From the NCBI GenBank assembly GCA_036785375.1, contig JAWMAR010002443.1, positions 1-64,000 on the forward strand: a stretch of DNA of 64,000 nt. Reading direction: 5' to 3'. A model generated the notes under the pieces. That model saw only the letters and a list, made by a program, of their open reading frames with translations. It searched no databases and was not told the origin of the DNA. Below are positions 1 to 10,739 of the stretch, piece after piece. Both the position numbers and the translations under genes were made by a program. Source of the stretch: Leucoraja ocellata. Its lineage: Eukaryota. The stretch's first letter is position 1. Each line of letters opens with the position of its first letter.

Positions 1-200
1 AATCACCATCCTCTGTGTGAAAAATATTTTTCTCATCTCAGTTCTAAAATATTTCTCCCTTATCCTTAAACTGTGACCCCTTGTTCTGGACTTCCCCAAC
101 ATCGGGAACAATCTTCCTGCATCTAGTCTGTCCAACCCCTTAATAATTTTGAAAGTTTCTATAAGATCACCCCATCAAACTTCTAAATTCTATCGAGTAA
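1..200 (-). mobile_element. CR1 LINE ORF2 3' fragment
   Basis: Closely matches the 3' RT-distal region of the other CR1 copies in the window (e.g. 46310-46510). Confidence 0.85.
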
Positions 201-1544
201 AGGCCCAATATGAGGTTAAAGAGTGTTTCCATACAAACCTCTACCGAGTATTCTCACACAGTTGTCAATAAACAACGTAGCGGGTGGCCCTTGAAATAGA
301 CAAGCAATTGTTTTAATTGATACGTATGTAGTGATATTGAATTACACAAAGTAACACGCGGTATGTAGTGGCTTTCGATTGCAGAAATGAATATAAACGT
401 ATTTTGTCCTCATCCCAGCGATATGTAAAATATACTATATTTGATATCTCGCCCTCAACTCTGCCCTTCCAGCGGCACTCCTTTCTTGCTGTCCATCCCA
501 CGGCGCGCCCACATCGCCGCCCCTCTCGTGGTGTTCTCTTCAACTTACTTCCTCACACGGTGTTCCCCCCTTAACGCCCCTCCCACGGCGTTCCCTCTTT
601 AACGCTCCTCCCACGGCGCTCCCTCATTGCTACACCTCTTGCGGTGCTCCCTCCATCTTACCCCTCCCATGATGCCCAATTCTTGATGCGGCGCGGCGCT
701 CCCTCCACCGCGTCCCTACCACGGCGCTCTACCCTTGCAGAGGGAGGGTCAGGTAAGGGGGAGGTGCAGGGAGAGGAGGGGCGGTTTAGGAAGATTTGTG
801 GGGGAGGTAAGTGTATAGGGTGAGGTTATATGAAATATTTTGGTCGGGGTGTTAGGGGAGGAATGGGTGGAGAGACAAGGTTTGACTAAAGGTGTGGGTG
901 GTGGGGAGGGTGACATGTGGGTTGTTTGAGGGTGGTGCGGGAGGTGAGGAAGGTGTAGGGAGACGAGGTTTCGGAGGAGGTATTCGGGAGAGGGGGTAAG
1001 GGAAAGGTGAAATCGTGTGTGTTCTGGCGGAGGTTTGAGGGGAAGAGAGGTGAAGGTTTGGGGTGGGGAAGATGAGATGTGGGACAGAGGGACAGCTCGG
1101 GTTGAAGCTCCGCCTCCTCTGATACCCGTGTCGCGCGGGAGCGGGTGGGGTGTGAAGAGATGTAGGGGGAATTCAAGTCAAGACAAGTCAGCATTAGTAG
1201 TCACATGTACATGCACGATGTGCAGTGAAATGAAAGCGGCAATACCTGCGGGATTGTACATCACAACAGAACAACAGGAAAGAACAGAACCAGTAGTTAC
1301 ATTTTGCTATGTTACATCACTTGTTACATCACAACAGTAAATTTGTCCCTGGGGAGTTTAGAGTTTACAGCCCTGGTTGCCTGTGGGATGAAATCCCGTC
1401 TCATCCTCTCTGTTCTCGCAGCTAGGGTGAATCTTGCAAAATCAGTTCTGGAGACAGCAGGCATCCATTCCTTGCGCACGAGGTTCTCAGGGACAATGTG
1501 TTGTATGTGGGCATCAGGAAATAGGCGGAGCGTTTAGGGGGAAG

Positions 1545-1842
1545 CTATCCAGAACCAGGGGGCACTGTTTAACAATAATGGGTACGCCATATAGAACGGA
1601 GAGGAGGAAACAAATGTCTCAGAAAATTGTGAGTCTGTGGAATTCGTTGTCTCAGGAGGCCGGTCTCTGGCTACTTTCAAGAGAGAGATATACAGGGCTC
1701 TTAACAATACATGAGTCAGGGAATATGGCGAGAAGGCAGGAAAGGGGTCTAGATTGGGGATGATCAGCCATGATCACATTGAATGGCGGTGCTGGCTCGA
1801 ATGGCCTTCTCTTGCACCTATTGTCCATTGCCTATTGTCTAT
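1545..1842 (+). mobile_element. Degenerate CR1 3' end with (TTGTCTA)-like tail
   Basis: SRTRGH...VSLWNSL remnant, then gatcagccatgatcacattgaatggcggtgctggctcga as in the copy ending at 33406. Confidence 0.75.
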
Positions 1843-2239
1843 CCTCGTGTCCTTTTCCCAGCGGGACCGAGCAGATGGAGGCAGAGGGAAGGGGTGGAAT
1901 TCATTGGCAGATGGGTAGAGACGGTTACAATGGTTGGAGTCGTAAAGGAGAATAAACATAAGGGGAAGAGAGACGCAGCGAAATGTAAAACCAGAGTAAA
2001 ACTCGTCGTAATCAGACCAAAAAGTTGAAGTTGCTGTTGGAGATTACATTAGAGTTTTCTTCCGGTTGTTGCTGATAAACACATACCCTTGCACGTCTTC
2101 ATCAGTTCATTGGACAAAACCCATGATAAAATGACATAAAACAAACGAGCGAGATACAAATATTGATAATATTGTTCGTTTTTTGGAGAGTGAAACAATT
2201 GCAAGGAAGGAACTACAGATAAATATTCGTCATTAGTAA

Positions 2240-2375
2240 GGGTGTCAGGGGTTTTGGGGAGGAGGCAGGAAATGGGGTTGAGAGGAAAAGATAGATCAGC
2301 CACGATTGAATGGCGGGGTAGACTTGATGGGTTGAATGGTTTAATTCTGCTCCGAGAACTTACGAAATTTATGAA
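2240..2375 (+). mobile_element. Short CR1-derived 3' end remnant
   Basis: gtcaggggttttgggga...gatcagccacgattgaatggcgg resembles the CR1 3'UTRs elsewhere in the window. Confidence 0.55.
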
Positions 2376-2558
2376 GCATGGTAAAATACATGCCCCAATC
2401 AGCATTAATGCTGCCGAACTTCCGAGGCGTAAATATCACTAATAATCGGTCATAGACTAACCACATCTACCTCACAAGAGGACTGATAACATTCGACATG
2501 TCTCCAATGACTTCAATACATTTATGCAGATGCACCAGAGAAAGCATACTTTCGGCTT

Positions 2559-3321
2559 TATAACCATATAACCATATAACAATTACAGCACGGAAACAGG
2601 CCATCTCGGCCCTACAAGTCCATGCCGAACAATTTTTTTTTCCCCTTAGCCCCACCTGCCTGCACTCGTACCATAAACCTCCATTCCCTTCTCATCCATA
2701 TGCCTATCCAATTTATTTTTAAATGATACCAATGAACCTGCCTCCACCACTTCCACTGGGAGCTCATTCCACACCGCCACCACTCTCTGCGTAAAGAAGT
2801 TCCCCCTCATATTACCCCTAAACTTCTGTCCCTTAATTCTGAAGTCATGTCCTCTTGTTTGAATCTTCCCTATTCTCAAAGGGAAAAGCTTGTCCACATC
2901 AACGCTGTCTATCCCTCTCATCATTTTAAAGACCTCTATCAGGTCCCCCCTTAACCTTCTGCGCTCCAGAGAATAAAGACCTAACTTATTCAACCTATCT
3001 CTGTAACTTAGTTGTTGAAACCCAGGCAACATTCTAGTAAATCTCCTCTGTACTCTCTCTATTTTGTTGACATCCTTCCTATAATTTGGCGACCAAAATT
3101 GTACCCCATACTCCAGATTTGGTCTCACCAATGCCTTGTACAATTTTAACATTACATCCCAGCTTCTATACTCAATGCCCTGATTTATAAAGGCTAGCAT
3201 ACCAAAAGCTTTCTTTACCACCCTATCTATATGAGATTCCACCTTCAAGGAACTATGCACGGTTATACCCAGATCCCTCTGTTCAACTGTATTCTTCAAT
3301 TCTCTACCATTTACCATGTAC
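2559..3321 (-). mobile_element. 5'-truncated CR1 LINE (TATGGTTA-tail family)
   Basis: ORF 2646-3422 has LYKALVRPNLEYGVQFWSP, LERRRLRGDLIEVFK, TRGH and FFTQRVVAVWNELP; octamer tail reads taaccata on +. Confidence 0.95.
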
Positions 3322-3497
3322 TTTGTTTGGGAACAGCTCTGACCAGGACCACAACAAATTGTAGTGAGTTGTGGATGTAGCCCAGCGATCACGCAGACAA
3401 GATTTCTCAACATTGGCTCCATCTACACTACGCTGCCTCGGAGAAGCATCCGACATAATCAAAGACTTGTCCCACACCGGTCATTCCTTCTTCTCCC
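3322..3497 (+). mobile_element. Rex1-type LINE C-terminal fragment
   Basis: Reads ...SIYT.RCL...DIIKDLSHTGHSFFS across frameshifts, like IIKDISHPGHSLF in the Rex1 copy near 58490. Confidence 0.6.
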
Positions 3498-3522
3498 TGC
3501 TGCGGATACGCGAAGACGCTGG

Positions 3523-3615
3523 CTGATGAAGGGTTTCGACCTGAAACATCACCACCCATTTCTTCTCTCCACAGATGCTGCCTGTTCCGATGAGTTCCTC
3601 CAGCGTTTTGTGTGT
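3523..3615 (+). ncRNA. Penelope-associated repeat with minimal hammerhead ribozyme-like core
   Basis: CTGATGA-A-GGGT-TTCG-ACCT-GAAAC-ATC at 3523-3550, followed by the same downstream sequence as the copy at 61081-61152 (-). Confidence 0.6.
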
Positions 3616-3689
3616 AGGCAGAAGATGCAGAAGCGTGAAAAGAAGCACCGTCAGACAGGAACAGATTTTCCCCTCTGATATCAGACATC

Positions 3690-5130
3690 CGAATGAATGA
3701 ATGATTGAATGGATGAATGGATGAATGAATGAATAAGTTCGTTGGCCAAGTATGTACACATACAATGAATTTACCTTGGTGCTCCACTCGCAAGTAACAA
3801 CACAACATATTGTAACAATTAAGAAAAACATATAGGACATTAAACAGTAATATTAAACATTACAGCTTAAAATGTGAATTAAATAAAATACCAGAGCAAA
3901 ATGAGGCTACAGACTTTTGGTTATTGAGTAGAGACACTCCTAGTGAGAAAACAAAAGCGGTTTTTAAGTCTTGTTGTGGAAGCTTTGACATTCATGAGTC
4001 ACCGACCAGAGGGGAGTGCTTCAAAGAGTTTGTGGCCAAGGTGAGAGGAGTTAGATATCGTATTTATCTTACCCGCTCGCTTCCTGGTCTTTGCCGTGTA
4101 CAGTTCGTCAATGGGGGGGAAGGTTGCAGCCACCAACTTTCTCCGCTGATCGGCCGATTCGCTGAAGGCTCCAGATTTCGTGCTTGGTGGCTGAGCCAAA
4201 CCAAACCATGATGTAGAAATTGAGGACAGACTCTACAATGGCAGTATACAACTGTATCATCATTGCCTGTGGCAGATTGTGTTTCCTCAGCTGCCGCAGG
4301 AATGATATCCCCCGTTCTGTCTTTTTGACAGTGGAGTCGATGGTGCCCCCCCCCCCCCCCCCCCCCCCCCCAATTTCAGGTCCTTGGAGATGATGGTTCC
4401 ATGGAAATTTAAAGACTCCAGAGATGTGATTGCGATGTTGATGATAATGAGTGGGAGCAGGGGATGGGTAGCTCTCCGAAAGTCTACTATCAATGCACTG
4501 TCTGAAGAGTATTGAACTACAGGTTGTTACGAAGGCATCAGGTCAGAAGCTTGAGAAGCTCGATAGATGAGTCTGTTGTGGTTTTGAGGGGCTGCGGGAC
4601 CAGATGTGTTTTCCCAGCCTCACATGCTGCTTCCTGCCTGTCAGGAAGTTGGTGATCAGGCACAGTCAACTTGGAGATTTTGGAGTGTAGTAGCTCTGGT
4701 ACATTGGTGTTGGATGCAGAGCTAAAACCAACAAACGACATAATTGCATTGGTCCTCTGGCGGTCTAGTTGTTGGAGGACGAAGTACAGGCCCAGGTTAA
4801 CAGCGTCATCCACTGACCGTTTGGCCCGGTATTCAAATTGCAGCGGGTACAGCTTGGATATTTTTCAGCTTGGCCAGCACGTTTTTCAAGGTTCTTCATG
4901 ACTACAGTGCGACAGGCCTGTAATCATCAAGATCAGTAATCCTTTTATTTTTGGGTACAGGGACAATAGTGGAGACTTTGAAGCAGACAGGGATATTACA
5001 GATTTGGAAGGACTGGTTGGAAATGTTTGTGTGGACTGGTGTCAGTTGTCCGGCACATAGCTTGAGGGTAGAGGGGAAAACATTGCCGGTCCTGGAGATT
5101 TCCGGCTTTACTCTCTTCTGAATAGCCTCT
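3690..5130 (-). mobile_element. Decayed Rex1-type LINE (RT and 3' end)
   Basis: Fragments STIVPVPK...DYRPVAL, DDAVNLGL, IVDFRR and HLGHKLFEALPSGR; (GAAT)n microsatellite tail at 3690-3735. Confidence 0.85.
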
Positions 5131-5659
5131 TCACTTGATCAATTTCTATTGTTCGTGACGGGGATGTGGCCAGCCAGTTGTTGGACAGCAAATAGGGGGC
5201 GGATAGTGGACAAGGACTCAGTATTTGCTCTTGTCCAGACAGGAGTCACGCTGTAAGTGGCAGTTAAATGGTGATCTGGGGTGGGTGGGCGGAAAAGAAA
5301 CCAAACTTTGCAGACAGGTGTCAGGCTATGAGTAGGACGGACGTGGTGGTTGGGGAGAAGTGTGTGGGGAAGCGTCCAGTCTTTGCAAACGGCAGTCAGT
5401 CTGAAAAAACGTTCTGAAAATGGTCCTTCGATAATCAGTGTGGGTACCAAGTTTCCAACCTCCCTTCACTTGTGTTTCAGGTATCCCAGAACCACCCCCT
5501 CAACATATGGACTCGCCACCTATGCTACCAGTTAATTTTCTCTTATAATCAGTTACTCTTTCACAAACCAATGCTGACATTGTTCTATCCTGTTAATGTT
5601 TACTAGATGGTCTGGTATTAATTTTTATTGTGTTTTAGAGTCCAGCATTTACCCCACTG

Positions 5660-6453
5660 TCGTCTTGGTCTTGATGTCTTGTTTTCCTGGTCCTCCAAAA
5701 TATTCCAAATGGAATTTAAACTGAAAATGGTGAAGGGAGGACTTAAGCTAGAAGTGTTTCTTGAGAGAAAAGAGCTACCTTATATTTAGTTACATCTGGT
5801 TGGGTAACTATGGTAGGATGAAGATTATTCCATGCTTTAATTGGGCGCGGGAAGAATGAATTGCTGTACACGTCTGGCTTGGTAGCTGAATTTCGAATTG
5901 GATCGAATGCTCTCGTCTGCTCCTAATTGGTTTGGGTTTGGTGTAGGTTTTGTAATCTATGTAGAGTTGGCCATTTAACATTTTGTAAAAACAGGTCAAA
6001 CGGTGAACTTCACGTCTGTCTTGTAGAGGGTTCCACCCCCTAGGAATTCAGATGTTTGGTAACTCTCGCTTCTCTCTCATAGGTGTTAGTTACAAATCGA
6101 GCTGCCTGTCTTTGGACACGTTCGATGGAAGAAATGTTTTTATTGGTGCATGGGTCCCATGCTGCAACTGCGTAGTCCAAATGAGGTCTAACGAGGGTGA
6201 AATATAGCTTCTCCTTGACAGAAGTTGAACAATGATGAAAGTTGCGATTCAGAAAATGTTGGACGCCAGTTGCTTTCACCGTTGCATGATGAGTCTGACC
6301 ATTCCAACGCAGATCATTCTGCAATTTGATGCCAATATACTTGGTTTGTTTGGATTCTTCAAGGGTGGCACCAAGTATGTTGTGAGATGTTTCGCCTGGA
6401 TTCCTCTTTCTGGTGACGCGAATGATGTGATATTTGGAAGGGTTGAAATGCAC
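5660..6453 (-). mobile_element. Divergent CR1/L2-group LINE 3' fragment
   Basis: FNPSK...KYIGIKLQNDLRW...LYFTLVRPHLDYAVAAWDP...IERVQRQAARFV...NSFFPR.IKAWN; sequence differs clearly from the other CR1s here. Confidence 0.8.
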
Positions 6454-6774
6454 GGTCATGTTATCCAGCCTCAATTTGTGTAGGGAGTGCGCCCTTTGTG
6501 CTGTGACCAATGCCATCAGCATGACCGTTTTTAAGGTCAAAGTCTGTAATGACAGGCTAGTGGCTGGAGTCCAGTTCCTTGGCAGATTCAGAACGATGCC
6601 AACGTCCCATATATGGGAATATCTGGCCTTAGGAGTGTTAGCATTTAATATGTCCCTCGTGAGCTTGGTTACCAAAGGGTGTGACCCCACAGGCTGTCGT
6701 TCCGTCTCTCTCCAGGGGTAGGTAGACAGGGCACTTCTGGCACAGTTGATCGCGCTGTACATGTCGTTCGTCAT

Positions 6775-7097
6775 AACCATATAACCATATAACAATTACA
6801 GCACGGAAACAGGCCATCTCGACCCTTCTAGTCCGTGCCGAACACATGATCTCCCCTAGACCCATATACCTGCGCTCAGACCATAACCCTCCATTCCCTT
6901 CCCATCCATATAACTATCCAATTTATTTTTAAATGATAAAAACGAACCTTCCTCCACCACCTTCACTGGAAACTCATTCCACACAGCCACCACTCTCTGA
7001 GTAAAGAAGTTCCCCCTCATGTTACCCCTAAACTTCAGTCCCTTAATTCTCATGTCATGTCCCCTTGTTTGAATCTTCCCTACTCTCAGTGGGAAAA
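6775..7097 (-). mobile_element. Short CR1 (TATGGTTA tail) inserted in the DIRS YR
   Basis: KFRGNMRGNFFTQRVVAVWNE; flanked by the direct repeat gtcat at 6770-6774 and 7098-7102. Confidence 0.9.
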
Positions 7098-7492
7098 GTC
7101 ATTGTATAAATTTACCAGAAATTCCAATACCGGTTGAATGTTCGTAGGTCTGTGGATAATGTTGTTCTGGTTGCAATACCTGTGCCATTTTCTGATATAT
7201 ACTAGGTATTGATTTTTTGTTGACTCTCGTTGGGCTCGAGCGATCATGTTCCTAGCTCTCGTTGTTAAGTCCAGGTGTAATAAAGGAGCTGTTAGACTCT
7301 ACAAACCAAAACGTTAATGTGACGATGACAAGGATGACTTGCCCTAGTTGCTGGATTTGCCAGTAGATCCGGTCTGTGTTGAATGGTGATGTGACGTTCT
7401 AATATCATCTCCTGTACCACTGGGAACCATGGTTGGGTAGGCGAATCGGGTACTATTAAGATACCAGACGCAGAGTCTTGTCTTATCTTACT

Positions 7493-7902
7493 CGACGCGA
7501 ACGCGACTTCTCCAGCCGGTGTCCCGGGGTTGGAACAACCCGGACCGGGACAGTACATCACCCGGCACGGCTTCATGGCCGTGGGACTCACCATCGCCCG
7601 TGGGGGTTCCAACCTTGGACTTTCAGACCGGGAGCGGGGCCGTAAATCGCCCCGCGCGGCCTAAAATGGCCGTGGGACTCATCATCGCCCGCCTGGGGCT
7701 TGGACATCGGGAGAGACACGGAGAACAGGGGAGAGAAAAGACTTGCCTTCCATCACAGTGCCACTGTGATGGATGTTTGTGTGAATTTAATTATGTGTAT
7801 GTCTGTAAGACAGTGTCTTTGTTTGTATGGCTGTGGAAACAACATTTCGTTTGAGTCTCACTGGGGCTCAAATGATAATAAATTTGTATTGTATTGTATT
7901 GT
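7493..7902 (+). mobile_element. Non-LTR/SINE-like 3' fragment with (TGTAT)n tail inside DIRS copy 1
   Basis: Interrupts the MT domain; shares ccttccatcacag...tgtgatggatgttt with 25980-26199 and 38924-39332. Confidence 0.65.
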
Positions 7903-9611
7903 AGTACCCGACTCATGGGGCAGAAGGGAGGGAATGCATAAAAGAACAATTTCCCCCAATGCAGCGACAAAGTAGCTGTTGCCCTAGGGTCTGGTTCCCA
8001 TGATACATGTGTTGGCACTTGGTGGTTAAGCCTGGATGCGAATAGATCGACATCTGGTGTTCCGTATCGTGCTGTAATTTCAGCAAATACTTTTGTGTCC
8101 AACATCCATTCGATGTTCTCATTGCATTTGCGTGACCTGGTATCTGCCACTAAGTTTTGTCTACCTGGTAAGTAGGTAGCTGATATCCAAATTCCTCTGC
8201 GGATACACCATTGCCAGGTCTTGTTTGCCAGATTGTCACATGATGTCGGTTTTTTTTCCCACCCATGTGGTTGATGTATGCTACCACAGTGGTGTTATCA
8301 ATTTGTAATCTTACATGCTGGTGAGATAACCCTAAGCAATATGACTTAAGGCCGTGAAAAGCTCCCAACATTTCTAAATAATTTATGCCCAAAGTCTGCA
8401 GTAATGATGACTCATGTTTATTCCATCTCCCACCACAGGTGGTGATGGAATCCGTGGCACCCCATCCGAGAGCACTAGCATCCGTTTGTAGTATGATAGA
8501 CGGATTGCTGATAATGATTGGATTGGAACAATGCCTAATGTTTTCTTTCCACCATTGTAGTTCTAATATGGCTTCTTTTGGTAGTTCCATAGGTCTATCA
8601 AAATGACCTCCATTGTATTTTAGAGCTCTTATTTTTGCCCTTTGTAAATTCTGATAATATAAAGGTCCGAATTGTGCAGCTGGAAAAGTTGCTATTATCT
8701 TGCCAATCATTCTCGCCACCTGTCTAATAGATGGTTTTCTTGTGTCAATGATTTTGCTGCAATCCTCCTCGAGGGCTATTGCGTTGTCTTGTGGCAAAGT
8801 CACTGACATAAGAACTGAGTTAATGGTTAATCCCAAGAAATCCATTGTTGTTGAAGGTTTCAATTTAGATTTATTTGAATGGATAATGAATCATAGACTT
8901 TCAAATAATTGTATGGTGGCTGGTATTGTTAATTCTGCTTGTTTCACCCTTTTTCCTAATATAAGTATATCATTCAAATAAGCCATCACAATGTGTTTAT
9001 GTTCCCGTAGGAAAGCTAAGGCTGGTTTTAATAATTTAGTAAATAACGTAGGTGCAGAAATAAGGCCATTTGGTAGTGCTCTGTATTGCCAGTGTTGATC
9101 CATCCAATTAAATTTCAAATAACGTCTGTGGTCACCTGTTATGGGTACTGAATAGTAAGCATCTTTTAAATCAATGCTTGCCATGTAGTCACCTTTAGAG
9201 ATTAATAGTTTAGCAGTAGCAAAGGTTTCCATTTTGAAGTGAATATATTTTACAAAAACATTCAAATTACTCAATTAATCTATGATGATGCGGCAACCAC
9301 CATCTTTCTTATGTTTAATAAAAATGTTGGACATGAATTCTAAAGGTTCGTGTTGGGTTTGTTCAATGATCCCCATTTTATGGATTCTCTGCAGTTCAAC
9401 ATGTGCTTTTGCTTTATCTTTGCCCTTAAGCCTGAACACTCTGTTCGGTACATGCTGGACTGGAGGATTACGTGGTTGTAAGAACTCTATCGTGTATCCC
9501 TGGATACTGCTTAGGATATAAGTATCTGATGTTAACTTATACCATGCATCCAGAAAAAAGTGTAATCTGCCACCAACACCCATGCTTTCGTTAATAAGTA
9601 AGGGACCAGAC

Positions 9612-10739
9612 CTACCTACCTCTATGGTTACCAGTGGTCTTATTTCTTCCCTTGTCCCCGAGGACGTTAAGGCCCCGGTGTCTTGATTTGTGTTGTTGTA
9701 GATGGGTGCATCTTCCACGAGGGCCGGCCTGGCCATGTCCTAAAAAAGACCGCTGTTGGATTGGTCTTGCCCTCGACTGTTCCCCGGAGTAATGCTTGCG
9801 ACCCATGAGTGCATAGGGGTGGTACTTCTGGGGGTGGCGTTTGGTTGCCTTTATGATTCCCAGGGCTTTGGATTCTTCGTCCAAATCTTTTACCTGTTTT
9901 GGTAGGTCCCCTCCAAACAGGTAAGTCTTTTCGGTGGTTCTTTTCGTTCTGCATAATCCTGCAAATTTTGGGTCTAGTACCCAAATGCTCTTCTTTCTGA
10001 TATTGTTTAGTTCATATTGGGTATTGCAGAAGAGGGCCAGGGCATCTTTCTGGCGTTGATTCATATCTTCCTCATCCAGGGTTCGTGTGAATGCTGTTAT
10101 CCCTGCGGTGAGGGTTTTAAGTACTTTTTGCAGCAAGACATCCCTTGTCCTGATGCTTGCTCCTACATGCTTCCAAATACATGCGTTCACAGTTGGGACA
10201 TTAAGGGATTTACAGTTTCCAGCATGCAAGTGACGCCCCATGGTGTCAATTAGGGCTTGTCCCTGTAGCTGGTTCAGGGACATGTAATTAATACTTGCCG
10301 CTAACCAGGCTGGTAAATTATCCCCTGTGAGTTCTGGTTTTGCGAACTGAGCCACCATTTCAAGTAAGTTCCCAGTCACCCCTGGCACTGAGTTTTCCAT
10401 CAGTTCCTGTTCAGGGTCAGTCCAAATATGCCCTGCTATGCTGTCCTGGGAGGCAATAGACGCCGAATACAGCCCTGAATAAGGTACTGCAGAGGGGCTG
10501 AATGTCTGCCCAGTAGAGCCAGACCACCTCTGGAGTATTGCCTCCATCAGCCGCTCCATTTTTGTCCAGTGCTCTCGGGCACCTGGCGCTTGCGACTTAT
10601 CCTGGACCAGCTGCCGCTCCAACGCGGTACAGAGCTTTCGAGCGCTGACCGCTCGCGGTCGCTGGTCCCGCAGCTCAAACGCGTTCCAGTGATCTCGGTC
10701 ACTGGTCGCTTGCTGCTCTTCCAATTTCTTCAGCCCCAC
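9612..10739 (-). CDS. DIRS gag-like ORF1 (copy 1; N-terminus frameshifted, 10730-10963)
   Basis: Lies upstream of RT; homologous to the copy 3 gag (ELNNIRK..LDPKFAGLC..LFGGDL vs ELNNLRR..LNPKFAGLC..LFGNDL). Confidence 0.75.
   Translation of the reverse strand: MGLKKLEEQQATSDRDHWNAFELRDQRPRAVSARKLCTALERQLVQDKSQAPGAREHWTKMERLMEAILQRWSGSTGQTFSPSAVPYSGLYSASIASQDSIAGHIWTDPEQELMENSVPGVTGNLLEMVAQFAKPELTGDNLPAWLAASINYMSLNQLQGQALIDTMGRHLHAGNCKSLNVPTVNACIWKHVGASIRTRDVLLQKVLKTLTAGITAFTRTLDEEDMNQRQKDALALFCNTQYELNNIRKKSIWVLDPKFAGLCRTKRTTEKTYLFGGDLPKQVKDLDEESKALGIIKATKRHPQKYHPYALMGRKHYSGEQSRARPIQQRSFLGHGQAGPRGRCTHLQQHKSRHRGLNVLGDKGRNKTTGNHRGR

Noticed and set aside
440-1170. C-rich then G-rich tract as a structured RNA or gene
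   Set aside because: Only compositional complementarity and short degenerate cccacggcgctccct repeats; no precise stem, splice pattern or recognisable protein.
4346-4370. Long poly-C/G runs (also about 16066, 26172, 52188, 54966 and 62363) as functional elements
   Set aside because: Cannot be distinguished from slippage or sequencing homopolymer artefacts without reads.
6040-6795. 251-aa ORF appearing to fuse a tyrosine recombinase to an RT C-terminus
   Set aside because: Chance in-frame junction of three TE pieces (CR1 tail, DIRS YR fragment, another LINE). It lacks the YR HxxR/Y and the RT core.
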